Assembly (NCBI RefSeq): GCF_004010195.1 | Contig: NC_057752.1 | Coordinates: 11,255,160 to 11,319,159 of the forward strand | Source: Chiloscyllium plagiosum | Lineage: Eukaryota | DNA length: 64,000 nt | Direction: 5' to 3' | Shown here: one piece after another, positions 1-12,475 of the stretch | Layout: each line of letters begins with the position of its first letter | Position numbering within the stretch: the stretch's first letter is position 1 | Notes under the pieces: model-generated | What the model was told of the DNA's origin: nothing | The model's input: the letters and a program-made list of their open reading frames with translations, nothing else | The model's database searches: none | Program-made: the position numbers and the translations under genes

Positions 1-905
1 AATTCAATATGACTTGTAAGGCAAGACCTACCCTTCACAAATCTGTGCTGGCTGTCCCTAATCAAGCAGTGTCTTTCCAGATACTCATAAGTCCTATCCC
101 TCAGTACCCTTTCCATTACTTTGCCTACCACAGAAGTAAGACTAACAGGCCTGTAATTCCCGGGGTTATCCCTATTCCCTTTTTTGAACAGGGGCACAAC
201 ATTCGCTACTCTCCAGTCCCCTGGTACCACCCCCGTTGCCAGTGAAGACGAGAAGATCATTGCCAACGGTACTGCAATTTCTTCTCTTGCTTCCCACATA
301 ATCCTAGGATATATCCCGTCAGGCCCGGGGGACTTGTCTATCCTCAAGTTGTTCAAAATGTCCAACACATCTTCCTTCCTAACAGGTATCTCTTCTAGCT
401 TGCCAGTCCATTTCACACTCTCCTCTTCTACAATACGGTCCCTCTCGTTCGTAAGTACTGAAGAGAAGTACTTGTTCAAGACCTCTCCTATCTCTTCCGA
501 CTCAATACACAGTCTCCCACTACTGTCCTTGTTCGGACCTACCCTCGTTCTCGTCATTCTCAGGTTTCTCACATACGCATAAAATGCCTTGGGGTTATCC
601 TTGATCCTATCTGCCAACGATTTTTCATGCCCTCTCTTAGCTCTCCTTATCCCTTTCTTCAGGTCCCTTCTGGCTATCCTGTATCCTTCCACTGCTCTGT
701 CTGAATCCTGTTTCTTCATCCTTATGTAAGCCTCCTTCTTCCTCTTTACCAGACATTCAACCTCTCTCGTCAACCAAGGCTCCCTCACACGACCATTTCT
801 TTCCTGCCTGATAGGTACATACATATCATGGACACGTCGTATCTGCTCTTTGAAAAAGTTCCACATTTCCACCACATCCTTCCCTGACAGCCTAAGCTCC
901 CAACG
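1..905 (-). mobile_element. CR1-clade LINE ORF2 fragment (region between endonuclease and RT)
   Basis: Minus-strand translation gives CR1-type motifs (IKDNPKAFYAYVRNLRMTRTRVGP; DKSPGPDGIYPRI). The listed + strand ORFs are antisense shadows. Confidence 0.85.
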
Positions 906-914
906 TATGCCAGT

Positions 915-1180
915 GACAAACACTGCCCTTCACATAAAACGGCAAAGCTGTGTGATCGAAACAGTGAGGGGGAGGGTAGGGACTAAATCAAAATAGAGTT
1001 GGAGGGAGAAATGATGCACTCCACTCCCTGCGGCGCCCACCTCTCCCTGAACAACTCCAGGGTGTTGGTCGACACCGCGTGCTCCTTCTCCAAGGACACC
1101 CGGGCTCTAACGTAACCGCGGAAGAGGGGCAGGCAGTCGGCCCTAACGACCACCTCCACGGCCCGCTGCCTCAACCTGTT
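915..1180 (-). mobile_element. Tx1/L1-like LINE 3' end
   Basis: ORF 983-1174 (LFRGYVRARVSLEKEHAVSTNTLELFRERWAPQG) resembles the ORF2 C-terminus of Tx1-like elements (recalled). Confidence 0.55.
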
Positions 1181-1299
1181 AAAACACTTCTGTTTATATC
1201 TGTTAGCCAGGCCTCCCTGATTGGACCAGACGAACAGCCCTAATCAGGGAACTCATATTCTAAGACATACACCTGGCTGACCCCATTACAATCACTACA

Positions 1300-3240
1300 G
1301 GCTCTACCCTGAGGACCTCCTGCAGAGATGTCATGGACCTGAGATGACTGACCTCCAACAACCACAACCATTTTGCTTTGAGCTAAGTATGAATAAAACC
1401 AACAGAAAGATTTTCCATTTATTCCCATTGACTCCAGTTTTGCCAGGGCTCCTTGATGCCACACTCGGTCGAATGCAGCCTTGATGTCAAGGGCTGTCCC
1501 TCTCCCCTCCCCTCTGGAGTTCAGCTCTTTTGTCCATGTTTGACCCAAGGCTGTAATGAGGTCAGGAGCTGAGTGACCCTGGTGCAACCCAAACTGGGTG
1601 TCACTGAGCAGGTTATTGCTGAGCAGGTGCTGCTTGATAGCACTGTTGGTGACACCTTCCATCACTTTCCTGATGATCGAGAGGAGAACGATGGGGCGGT
1701 AATTGGCCGGGTTGGATTTGTCCTGCTTTTTATGTACAGGACATACCTGGGCAATTTTCCACATTGTCGGGTAGATGCCAGTGTTGTAACTGTACTGGAA
1801 CAGCTTGGCTAGGGGAGCGGCAAGTTCTGGAGCACAAGTCTTTAGTATTATTGCTGGAATGTTGTCAGGGCCCATAGCCTTTGCAGTATCCAGTGTGTCC
1901 AACCATTTTTTGGTATCGTGGAGTGAATCAAATTGACTGAAGTTTGGTATCTGTGATGTTGAAGTCCACTGGATAAGACCGAGATGGATCATCCACTCGG
2001 CATGTCTTGCTAAGCCTTGTCTGTTGTGCTGATGTGCTGGGCTTCGACATCATTGAGGACTCTCCTCTAGTGAGTTGTTCAATCGTCCAGCACTAATCAC
2101 AACTGGATGTGGCAAGACTGCAGAGCTGAGATCTGATCCGTTGGTTGTGGGATCACTTAGCTCTGTCTATCACTTGCTGCTTCTGCTGTTTGTCATGCAA
2201 GTCATCCTGTTTGGTAGCTTCACCAGGTTGACACTTCATGCCTGGTGCTGCTCCTCGCATGACCCCCTTGCAGTCTCCATTGAACCAGGGTTGATCCCAG
2301 GCATTGATGGTAATGGTTGAGTGGGGGTTATGCCAAGCTGTAAGGTTAAAGATTGTGGTTGAATACAATTCTGCTGCTGTTGATGGCCCACAGCACCTCG
2401 TGGATGCCCAGTTTTGAGTTGCTCGATCTATTCTGAGCCTGTTCCATTGAACACGGCAATAGTGTCTCACAACACAATGGAGGGTGTCCTCAATGTGAGG
2501 GTGGGACCTCTTCACAAGGACTGTGCAATGGTCACTCCAACCGATACTGTCACAGACAGATGGATCTGTGACAGTTAGATTGGTGGGTTTCACCCCGCTG
2601 TCAGTTCACCTACCCCTCTGCAGGATGAGTCTGCCTGAAATGTCCTTCAGCTCAGTCAATAGTAATGTTTCCAAGCCATCAAAGTTCCTCATTCAGAGTA
2701 GAATCTTGTTACCCTCTTCTTCAAGTGCTGTTCAACCTAAAAGAGTACTGATTCATCAGTTCAGTCTGTTGCTTGACTAGTCTGTGGACAGCTTTCCTAT
2801 TCTCGGCACAACTCCCTGGCCGTTAGTGAGAAGGTGGTTGTGGAGTCAACTGGGCTGGTTATGCCTTTGTCCTTTCCGATGCTTTGGACAATGCTGATTG
2901 ATCAAGCATTTATTCTTCTTCGACTTTGTGTTAACAACACAGGTAAGTGGCTTGCTGGATGGAGCATTTCAGAGGACTGTTAAAAGTCATCCACGCTGCT
3001 GTGGGTCTTGAGTCACATGTAAGCCAGACAGGGTAAGGATGGCGGATTTCTTTCCCTGAAGGACATTAGTGAGGCAGATGGGTTTTTACAGCAACAAATA
3101 TCTGTTTGTTTCACTGTCACCAATACTGAAACAAGCTTTTTTACTCCAGATTGATTTCCAACAGTGAATATAAATCCCCCTAGCTGCCATAGTGGGATTT
3201 GAACTCACGCCTTTAGATCTTTGTCAGGGTCTCTGGATTA
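1300..3240 (-). mobile_element. Degenerate CR1/L2-group LINE with RT and endonuclease fragments
   Basis: ORF 1240-1992 has KAMGPDNIP, PVHKKQDKSNPANYRPI, ALDIKAAFDRVWH and GGPQG. ORF 2153-2593 has the SDH endonuclease motif. Confidence 0.85.
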
Positions 3241-4039
3241 TGAGTTCAATCACAACCACAATACTACTCTACAGTCTGGCTGATATCATAATCTGCCTCC
3301 TCTGCAATACTTCAGACGCACTCCCAGCGCTTGCGCTAATGACATCACCAAGATGGTGTCCAATGTGGTCAATACCAGGTGAATGCGCCATAGTGCAGGC
3401 TTTATCTGGGACCTAAAACTGTACTCATTGCACCAAAAATACAGCTGTTGCACCACTCAGTTTTGCGTTTTGAAACTTTTAGTGGTATGATTACACATAA
3501 GCCTTGATGTGAAGGAGTGCTTCCAGCTGAGAGGTAATGGAAAATACTGTTACCCTTGTGTATGTGATGAGCAATTCACTCACTTTAACACGGAGAGGGG
3601 ACTACATAACCTGCCTTTTATTTCAGCCCAAAGAATTTTCTTTCTCCTTGCCTGTCCTAGTTATGATATCAAACGTTGTGCAGTACTGAGTTACTATACC
3701 CCGAACACCATCCGTTGCTCCATTGTTCTCCTGTGTGACTCGTATCAATTTCACAGGAACACCACAGTCCTGCTTACTTTGCAGACAATCATACCCACCA
3801 TTTGCTTGCTGAACCAGAGACCTCACGTCTCCACTGCACATATCACAGATATTCCCAAGTGCCATTGTTTGTAGTGAATCTACAAAAAGGAATTCCTTGT
3901 ATCCCATTCCCTTTACGTTGTTGCATTTTTTAAATTGCGGCTTCAAAGTGCAGATTTCCACTGCCTAAAAGGCAAGCTAGCTCCCAATCAGTACCGTTGG
4001 GGGGAAAGGGGATTGATCACATCCTCTCTTAGCACAGTG

Positions 4040-4370
4040 GCTCCAGTGAGAGATAAAAAGATGAGGGCATGGACAGGGTGAGTAGGAAGCAGCTTAAGTG
4101 AAGGGTCAATAATAAAGGGGCATCATTTTAATGTGAAGGGCAGGGAGTTTAAAGAGGATTTGAGGGAAAATATTATCACCCAGAGGGTGGTAGGGCTCTG
4201 GTATGCACTGCCTAGAGGGTTGTAGAGGTAGGAAACTTCACAACCTTCCCAAAGTACTTGGATGAGCATTTGAAATGTCAATAACATTCAAGGCTCTGGG
4301 CCTATTGCAGGAAAGTGGGACTAGTGCAGACTTAGAGAAGTTTTCTTTTGTCAGTGCAGGCTCAAGGAGC
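4040..4370 (+). mobile_element. CR1 3' fragment (old)
   Basis: Matches the RGH..KVKG..F..DLR/TQRVV..W..LP-coding 3' end shared by other CR1 copies in the window. Confidence 0.65.
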
Positions 4371-4594
4371 CTTTCTGTTTGATTGCCTCTGAGCTGGGGC
4401 TGCTGCTGCAAGACGTGCTTCAGATCAGCACAGGAGATGGCTATATTCAGCCCAGTGTGTTTGTTTTGACTCCCTGCAAGAGCAACTAATCCAGTCATTC
4501 TCTTCCGCTTCACTCTGCAAATGTATCCTCTTCAGCTGCTTCTCGAATTCCGTATTGAAACCCATGATTGAATCTGCATCCAGCACCTTCTCAG

Positions 4595-4845
4595 GAGTAG
4601 ACCCATCGGCCCCTCGAGCCTGTTCTGCAATTCAATAAGATCATGGTTGGTCGGATTCTGAGCTTCTCCCCTGATAATTTTTCACCCCTTTCATATCAAA
4701 ACTCTGTCCTTCTACACTTGAAAAATATTCAAGGGTTCTGCTTTGACCACCTTTTGAAGAAAAGAGTTCCAAAGAGCTACGACCTCTGAGAGAGGAATAG
4801 GCTTGCCTCATCTCTGTTTTAAATGGGCGACCCCTGTTCCTACAC
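4595..4845 (-). mobile_element. CR1 3' fragment (old)
   Basis: Reverse complement resembles the CR1 tail (RPFKTEMR, tail near GGCCGA). Confidence 0.55.
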
Positions 4846-5299
4846 AGATATCTTTTCTCCAATCTATTAACTTGTTTTCTATTTGTCTTACTTATGTCCT
4901 TCTCTGGTGCTGCTCCTGGCATGTCCTCACTACTCTCCATTGAACCAGGGTTAATCCCAGTCTTGATGGTGATGGTAGATTTAGGGGATATGCCGGAACA
5001 TGAGGCTACAGATTGTGGTTGAATACAATACTGCTATTGATGACCCACAGCACCTGTAGCTTAACTGTGTAAGCTATAACTTCAGTGTGCTACATATACT
5101 TGCCTGATCCTAATTTAAACTATTGCCCTAGCTGAAAGAAGAAAGAAACCTGAAAACTCAGCAAACAATCGCCTTACCTGCTTACCTAAAGAACGCCTCT
5201 GAATTCCACTCTTCAGTCAAATTGTCTCCATGCCCTCTCTCAGATCATTCCCTATTCACTAAAAGGTCAGATTAATAAAGCAGCCTGTGCCCATATGTA

Positions 5300-6890
5300 T
5301 CAGGACCTGGATGTAACCCAGGATTGTGCTGATAAGTGGTAAGTACCATTTGCGCCACACAAATACCAGACAATACCTTTCTCCAACAAGGGAGAATCTA
5401 ACCATCACCCCTTGTCATTCAATGGCATTGCCATCATTGAACATCCTAGGAGTTACCATTGACTAGAAACTGAACGGAACTAGCCATATAAATACAGTGT
5501 CTACAAGAGCAGATCAGAAGCTAGGACTCTTGCAGCAAGTACCTTCCTACAAAGCACAAGTCAGGAGTGTGAGGGAATACTCCCCAATTGCCTGGATGAG
5601 TGCAGTTCCAACAACACTCAAGAAACTCAACACCATCCAGGACAAACCAGCCCTCTTGATTGGCACCACTTCCACTAGCATCCACTCCCTCCACCACCGA
5701 CACTCAGCAGAAGCAGTGTGTACCATCTACAAGGCTCACTGCAGAAACTCACCCAAGATCCAGTGACAAGTGGCATTCCACAAGGCTCAGTGTTGGGACC
5801 ATAACTTTGCACTCTATACATTAGTGATCTAGATGAAGGAACTGGGGGCATTCTGGCTAAGTTTGCAGATGATACAAAGATAGGTAGAGGGACAGGTAGC
5901 ATTGAGGAGGCGGGGAAGCTGCAGAAGGATTTGGACAGGGTAGGAGAGTGGGCAAAGAAGTGGCAGGTGGAGTACAATGTGGGAAAGGGTGAGGAATAAT
6001 AGAGGCATGGACTATTTTCTAAAATTCAGAAGTCTGAAGTGCAAAGAGACTTAGGAATTCTAGACCCGGTTGAGTCAGTAGTTGGGAATGTAAATGCAAT
6101 GATGGCATTTATTTTGAGTGGACTTGAATATAAAAGCAGGGATGTATTTCTGAAGCTCTATAAGGCTCTGGTCAGACCACATTTGGAGTATTGAGTGCAG
6201 TTTTGGGCCCCATATCTCCGGAAGGATGTAGTGGCCCTGGAGCAGAGGAGGTTCACTCGAATGGTCCCAGGAATGAAAAGCTTAACATATGAGGAACGTT
6301 TGAGGACTCTGGGTTTATATTCGATGGAGTTTAGAAGGATGAGGGGAGAATCCAATTGAAACATACAGAGTGGCCTGGACAGAGTGGATATTGGGGAGAT
6401 GTTTCCATTGGGAGGAGAGACTAGGACCCAAGGGCACAGCCTTAGGCCTTTTAGAATGGAGATAAGGAGAAACATCTTCAGCCAGTGAGTGGGGAATCTA
6501 TGGAATTCATTGCCACAGAAGGCTGTGGAGGCCAGGTCATTGAGTATATTTAAGACTGAGATAGATAGGTTCTTGAGTATCAAGGGGATCAAGGGTTACG
6601 GGGAGAAAGCGGGAGAATAGGATTGAGAAACCTATTGGCCATGATTGAATGGGGGAGCAGACTTGATAGGCTGAATGGCTTAATTTCTGCTCCTATGTCT
6701 CTTAACCTTCGATAGGACCTTCCAAATGCATGGTCATTTAGAAGGACAAGAGCAGCAGATACATGGGGACACCATCCCCTTCAAAATCCCCTCGAAGCTA
6801 TTCACCATCCTGATCTGGAAATATATCATTGTTCCTTCGCTGGGTCACATTTCAGGATTTCCCTCCCTAAGAGCACTGTTGGTGTGCCAA
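5300..6890 (+). mobile_element. LINE RT 3' fragment interrupted by a CR1 insertion (5762-6700)
   Basis: Host fragment reads YKAQVRSVREYS. The insert encodes [15 protein letters not shown] and [11 protein letters not shown] and ends in a CR1 tail. Confidence 0.8.
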
Positions 6891-6944
6891 ATCCCATTTG
6901 GAAAGAATGTCTTCTGTTGTAGGAGAATCTAGCACTGGGGATCT

Positions 6945-7148
6945 CAGATATCCCAATCCAATCTAGTCCCACCTGCCAGCACCTGGCCCATATCTCTCCA
7001 AACCCTTCCTATTCATACAGCCATCCAGATGCCTTTTAAATGTTGCAATCATACTAGCCTCCACCACTTCCTCTGGCAGCTCATTCCATACATGTACCAC
7101 CCTCTGTGTGAATGCCGTGCTGTACATCTCTATGACTATGACTCTATG
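6945..7148 (-). mobile_element. Young CR1 3' end pieces with (CTATGA)-type tail
   Basis: ORF 6963-7157 FTQRVVHVWNELPEEVVEA...GRWD is near-identical to other copies in the window. Confidence 0.8.
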
Positions 7149-7345
7149 AAGTGTCACCCTTTAAGACAAAGATGAGGAGAAATGGGTTCTGTCAGAAGGT
7201 GGCGAGTCTTTTGAACTCTCGCCCTCAAAAAGTGGTGAAAGCACTGTCTTTGAAGGCAGATTTAGATAGCTTCTTGGTGAGCAAGATGATAAAAGCTTAT
7301 TGGCAGTAGGCAGAGAAATGTGGAGTAATCAGATCAGTCATAATC

Positions 7346-7480
7346 CTGATGAAGGGTCACTGAACCTGAAACGTTAACTCTGTTTCTGTCTCCACAGATG
7401 CTACCAGACCCGCTGAGTTTCTTCAGCAATTTGTGTTTTTGTTTCAGATCTCCAATATCGGCAGTTCTTTGTTTTATTTC
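7346..7480 (+). mobile_element. Penelope-like terminal repeat fragment with hammerhead-like core, inside a CR1 tail
   Basis: CTGATGA (7346-7352), stem, GAAAC (7368-7372), then acagatgct...gctgagtttc as in related cassettes at 31498 and 36409. Confidence 0.65.
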
Positions 7481-9631
7481 AGCTGCAGTCCTATTGAATG
7501 GAGGAGCAAGATTGAGGGCCCGACTGGCTTCCTCCTGCTACTAATTTGCATCTGTGTACAGACTATATCGGTTCAAGAAGGCAACTCACCATTGTCTTCT
7601 CAAGGGCAATTATTCTTCTGTTCATAACATATGGTCACCTCTAACTCAGCCAGTATTTATTACCCTGGAGAAGGTGGTCATGAGCTACCTTCTTGAACAC
7701 TGCATTCCTTGGGGTGTAGGGACACCCATGGTGCTGTTAGTTTAAGTATTTTGATTAAGGACGTGCAACAAATCCTGGCTTTGCCAGCAACTCACATATC
7801 CCATGAACAAATAAATCCACAAGCAAATAAATAAAGGAACCTTCCCTATCTATGTTGAATTTATGTACTCACCAAATTCCCTGAGTTAAGTAAGTGCTCT
7901 GTAGTTGGAGTGCTCCTTTGAACTGCACTTGACAGTCCTCACAGGTAGGTATGATCCTGCCTGAAGATACAATTGACAACACTTTGGCTGTTGTGACCAA
8001 TCAGGTCAGGATCGCCATTTTATGCAGCATCAGTGAACATATGACAGACATAATGTGAGTGAAGAAACTATTGAGGAATAAAGACTTAGTCAAGCCTTTG
8101 CTGATACTGAGATTGCTGTCTCAGATTGTTGGAGCCTCTTGCCTATGCAACTCATCTGCTGAAATGTAGTATGTACATCCCTGTCTGTAGTTGTGGGTGG
8201 GAGAGGACTACCTGCAGAGTTGGATTTTTGGGGAGCCAAGAAGACTTAGTTGACCTTGAAATTTGGTGGATAGAACCCAATCACTAATGCCTTCAGTTTT
8301 CCTCGTGGCAGGATTAAGGTGCAGGGTAGTTCGAGTGACGATCCCTCACACCAGAACTCCCGACCTATCCATCTTCATAATGGAGACAGGTATCTCCGAA
8401 TCACCCACAACTTAAATGGAGTCAGGCCAAATTTTCAAGGAGTCATGGCCAACCTAAAGCACTTCCGTGCCTATTCACCCAGTGTACACTCTGCGCAGAA
8501 CCAATGAACTCTGTAGAATGTATGCAAAAGCTTTAAACACCAATATTCAGTCATTCATTACTCTTAAAAGGAAACTGTTATTACAACTTCCTTACAAACA
8601 TTTCAACCATCCAGACTTTTAAAGTATCAATCCCGAAAACTATGATCGCTTAATGCCTCTTTAGCTGATGTACGTAAACTTCTGCAAGTGCCACAATAGA
8701 TATAAGAGAAAGAGCAGTCTATCAAACAGTGTTTTGTCATGCATGCAGCTAGTTCAACAGACTAATGGATGTCTGGCTTCTCAGCTGAGAATGCATAATG
8801 TGGCTTGCTGAGAACTGTAGATCTGGAGTCATGGGTCAGTAACAAATTCCTATCACAGCATGACCATACTAAATGAGGATCTTGTAATAATCGAATAGTT
8901 TCAGATAAGTTTCTTATTCAGTTAACTGAATTTAAATGTCCCAGCTTCCATGGTGAGGTTTGAACTTCTGTCCCTAGATGATTGTTTCAGGTTGCTCTGG
9001 ATTTCTCATTCAGTGACACAAGCACTACACTGTTCTCCTGAAGTGTTTCCACCCAAATGTTGTTCTCAAACCTATGGAATGGAACATAACTTTCTGATTT
9101 AAGTGTAGCAAAAGTGCTACCTACTAAACCACAATTCGTAAGGGAGAAAAAAATAAATATTTGATAAGAATTAAAACATGTTTGGGCCGAGGCAAATCTC
9201 AAATAACAAGTTTGTAAACTAAATTTATTCGCCTTAACTTTTATTTGCTGTAGTCCAATCTTTAGAAACGATCACCAAAGCAGACCAGCAGCAATAATAC
9301 CTGGGATTCCGGACTGGAAAACAAATTAAAATCCTAGTCAAGGCGACATAAGCTTGTTTGGTGGAGGGGAGGAGTTTGTAAATTTGGCTGGATTAGGGGG
9401 CAGAGATAAATCTTGTGACTCACACACACATATCTTTTACCAAACTGAAGTAACAGAAGGCAAGTAAGAAATCTAAACCCCACCATTTTATGATACCAAT
9501 CCAGGCATTCAACAGTACCAAGCATTAGGTGATCAGAACAGAAAAAGAACATTATATTGACGTTTCTTTGGAGATGTAAAAATTAGTTGTCTGGAGGCCG
9601 ACAATTATAGCACAGTTTTGTGTCCTGTTAG

Positions 9632-10037
9632 GTTTGAGAAATTGGACATCACTCCTAAAAGTGCACAGAAGATCAAGCCAGTTCTAGAAAGATGGCTGAC
9701 AGAAGCAGAAATACGACACCGTGCGGGCATACAGAACCTCACTGAGTTCGTGGGTAGTGAACCTTCAAAGAAACGCAAACGACGCACATCTTTCACACCA
9801 CAGGCCCTGGAAATCCTTAACGCCCACTTTGAGAAAAACACACACCCCACAGGTCAGGAAATGACAGAGATAGCCGAGCAGCTGAACTACGACCGAGAGG
9901 TGGTTAGGGTGTGGTTCTGCAACAAGAGGCAGACTTTAAAAAACACCATCAAGAGACTGCAGCAGAATGACACGGCGGGAAGAGGTTCAGTTGAACAATT
10001 ATCGGACTCCGCAGTAAACGCTGCTGGAACAGGCTGA
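9632..10037 (+). CDS. POU6F2: Last coding exon of a class VI POU homeobox transcription factor (end of POU-specific domain, linker, homeodomain, C-terminus); POU6F2-like sequence, but in the POU6F1 syntenic position
   Basis: Acceptor ttAG at 9630-9631 (phase 2). Translation FEKLDITPKSAQKIKPVLERW...KKRKRRTSFTPQALEILNAHFEKNTHP...VVRVWFCNKRQ, TGA at 10035-10037. WFCN is the POU homeodomain signature. The upstream exon was not found in the window. Confidence 0.93.
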
Positions 10038-12195
10038 CCTACAGAAGACTCTTTCAGTGAGTTGTTCCAATGTTTTTATAAATAACACTATGAGGATCGT
10101 TTAGAAGGTAATGGCCCAGCAGCAAAAGTAGACATCCCCAGATCACTGCATCTCTTCGGTCTACTAAGGCATATTGTGGTATACAGCCACATGGATGGAG
10201 CCATTAGAGTGAATTACAGTAACATTTAGGAGTAGTACATAAGCTGCTGCATAATTCATTTTGTAGCACCCACAGTCCTTCAGGTCAAATGTCACAGTCA
10301 GTTATAGTCTCCCTTCTCCTGTATCATGTTACTTCGACCTTCTGAACAACTAAGCATCTCTGATACCTATCCAACTGTGCAAGGTTTGCCTTGAGGGGTC
10401 CACACCCTGTAAAATGATACATTGGAGGATGTTACAAGTTGCAATCTAGCTTTCCGAGGACTGAACACATTTATCCTGTGAGTTCTGAGATTTGTATCAG
10501 CCAGTTTTGATCTTTAGTCTATACCTGGTTACCTGACCTCAAGCAGACAGCTGTAGCAGGTGCTACAATAGACCTGGGAATCCCGGAGTTGAACAAGAGG
10601 TGGGGAGAACAAAACGCAATATGTCTCATTGCTGCACAATGATCATACCAGAAATGTGCATATGTGGAAGTCAGGTGAGAAACTAGGCTCAACTGTGGCC
10701 TTAATTAAACACACTTCCCAACTGGACTGGCACGAAAGGGTACGGTGAGGGGATGAAGTGCTAGAAATGGCAAAATGCACCAGCTACCATGATGTTAATG
10801 ACTGCAGGTACTGGAGTGGGTGAGTGTCCTGCTATGGAGAGATGGGAGACTTGTGTTGATCTGTAAATTGGGGACCTATGATGTTGATTGGATCCTGGAT
10901 TTTAATTGATGTACAGGTCAATAAGATTGTTTGAGCAACCTTTGGGCATTGGCTGATGATGTGCTGAAAATAGAGGGGTCTTAATCTGAAAAAAGCTGCA
11001 ACACTCAGTTCATTGTGGACTGTGATTCAATGACCACTGTTTGCTTTGAACTGTTTTTTGAAGAGTGTTCACCAGCTCATTGAAGAAGCTGTTTATGGAT
11101 CTTGCTCCAGCTTCATTCTATTGGAGTGAAGAGGATGAGCAGCTGCACCAAAGGCTCGATGAGGGAACTGCAGGTGCACCAGCAATAGAAAGGGAATGTA
11201 TATTAACTACAGGCCACCCCCACTCTAATGAGCCTTCATACTAAGGCTCAGTCTCCTTGGCCTTTTATTAGGAGCAGTGTTTCTAGACACACAAAAACCT
11301 TCTCACTTGGGTTGTGAGAATTATCAGGTTCTGGCCGTTCTATCTCACTAAGGTGCTAACTCGGAATGCTAGCCTCTGCGCTGGTACCTGAAACACATGT
11401 ATTATGTGGTGGTGCATCTTCAGGACAGGTGATTTCCTCCAAGCAATCTTCATCCTCTAAGGTTATGTTCTGTCATGGTGATATGCAGCACCTGGAAGAT
11501 GGAAGAAAGGGTAAACATTTAGTCAGTGAGAAAATGTAAATGTCCATGTGTAGCATCTTACTGGTTGATAAGTCAAAGTGGCTGAACGTGCAGTTGGTTA
11601 TATAAATTGAAATCAATCACACAGCTCGATGGAACCGCCAACCTTGTCATCAGCAATGCTGAGAATTTAGCTGGGTTCTGTTCTGTCAGGTATGTCCTCA
11701 TCTGTCAGGCTCACTTCAATTAAAGCTGGGGTTCCCTATATTGGTCTTGGCACTGTCCGGATTACCTTCATTACCTTCACTCTCCCCTTGTAGCAAGGAT
11801 GTTTGCTTCCTCTGAGTGTAGTGTGGAAAGTGATAGGTAGAATCAAACAACAACAGAAGAGTGGATGTCAGGCAGTTATGGATAGTGGCCTCAAAATGCA
11901 AACCAGCCATCACATTTCCCTACATTGAAATAGAGGCTCCACTAAAGAAGGCAGTAAAGCTCTTCAGAGCGACCTGAGGATGGGAAAGTCACCGTGGAAA
12001 TACAAGTTCCTTCTTCCAGTGCAAATTGAGAAGGTGTGCTGTGTGTGCCTCAGACTTAATGAGATTGGGTCATTGGCAGCAGTGAGGGGAAGGAGAGAGG
12101 GGGACAGTCACCCTTGATGCAGGGTCAAGACTTAGTGTGAATGCAGTAGGCCAGAAAATAGAATGAAAGCAAGTGATGGGTAGACAAGGACATGT

Positions 12196-12475
12196 GCTGA
12201 CCTTTCCTGACCTTATCAGGTGATTAAACAAGTTCCTATAGTGGATTCATAAGCTTGAGTTGGACTAAGCATGTAAATGCAGCAGCCAAACATTTTCACC
12301 ATGCAGGTTGAAGTCACATTTGCACCTGTATCATGACAACAAGCTGTATTTAAATTACGTCCAGCTGATGTGCTTCTATGTCGTGCAGTGCTGCATTCTC
12401 GTAGCCCTGTGCCACCATTGCACACCATGTTCCCCGGTTTCAGGTAAAAACTGGGGCCACAGTGTTGTCATGGCT
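12196..12475 (-). pseudogene. Possible fossil of a Harbinger Myb/SANT-like gene
   Basis: Minus strand gives PAW*K..AAA and, in another frame, HYRNLFNHLIRSGK|GTCAGC, resembling the W..VA...QCRKKFNDL.RS.K motif followed by a splice donor. Confidence 0.35.

Noticed and set aside
184..582. Ser-rich 132-aa ORF and similar + strand ORFs
   Set aside because: Antisense frames of CR1 ORF2.
9618..9631. ORF-track start MCPV for the POU protein
   Set aside because: The TTG start is intronic; homology begins at the acceptor at 9632.
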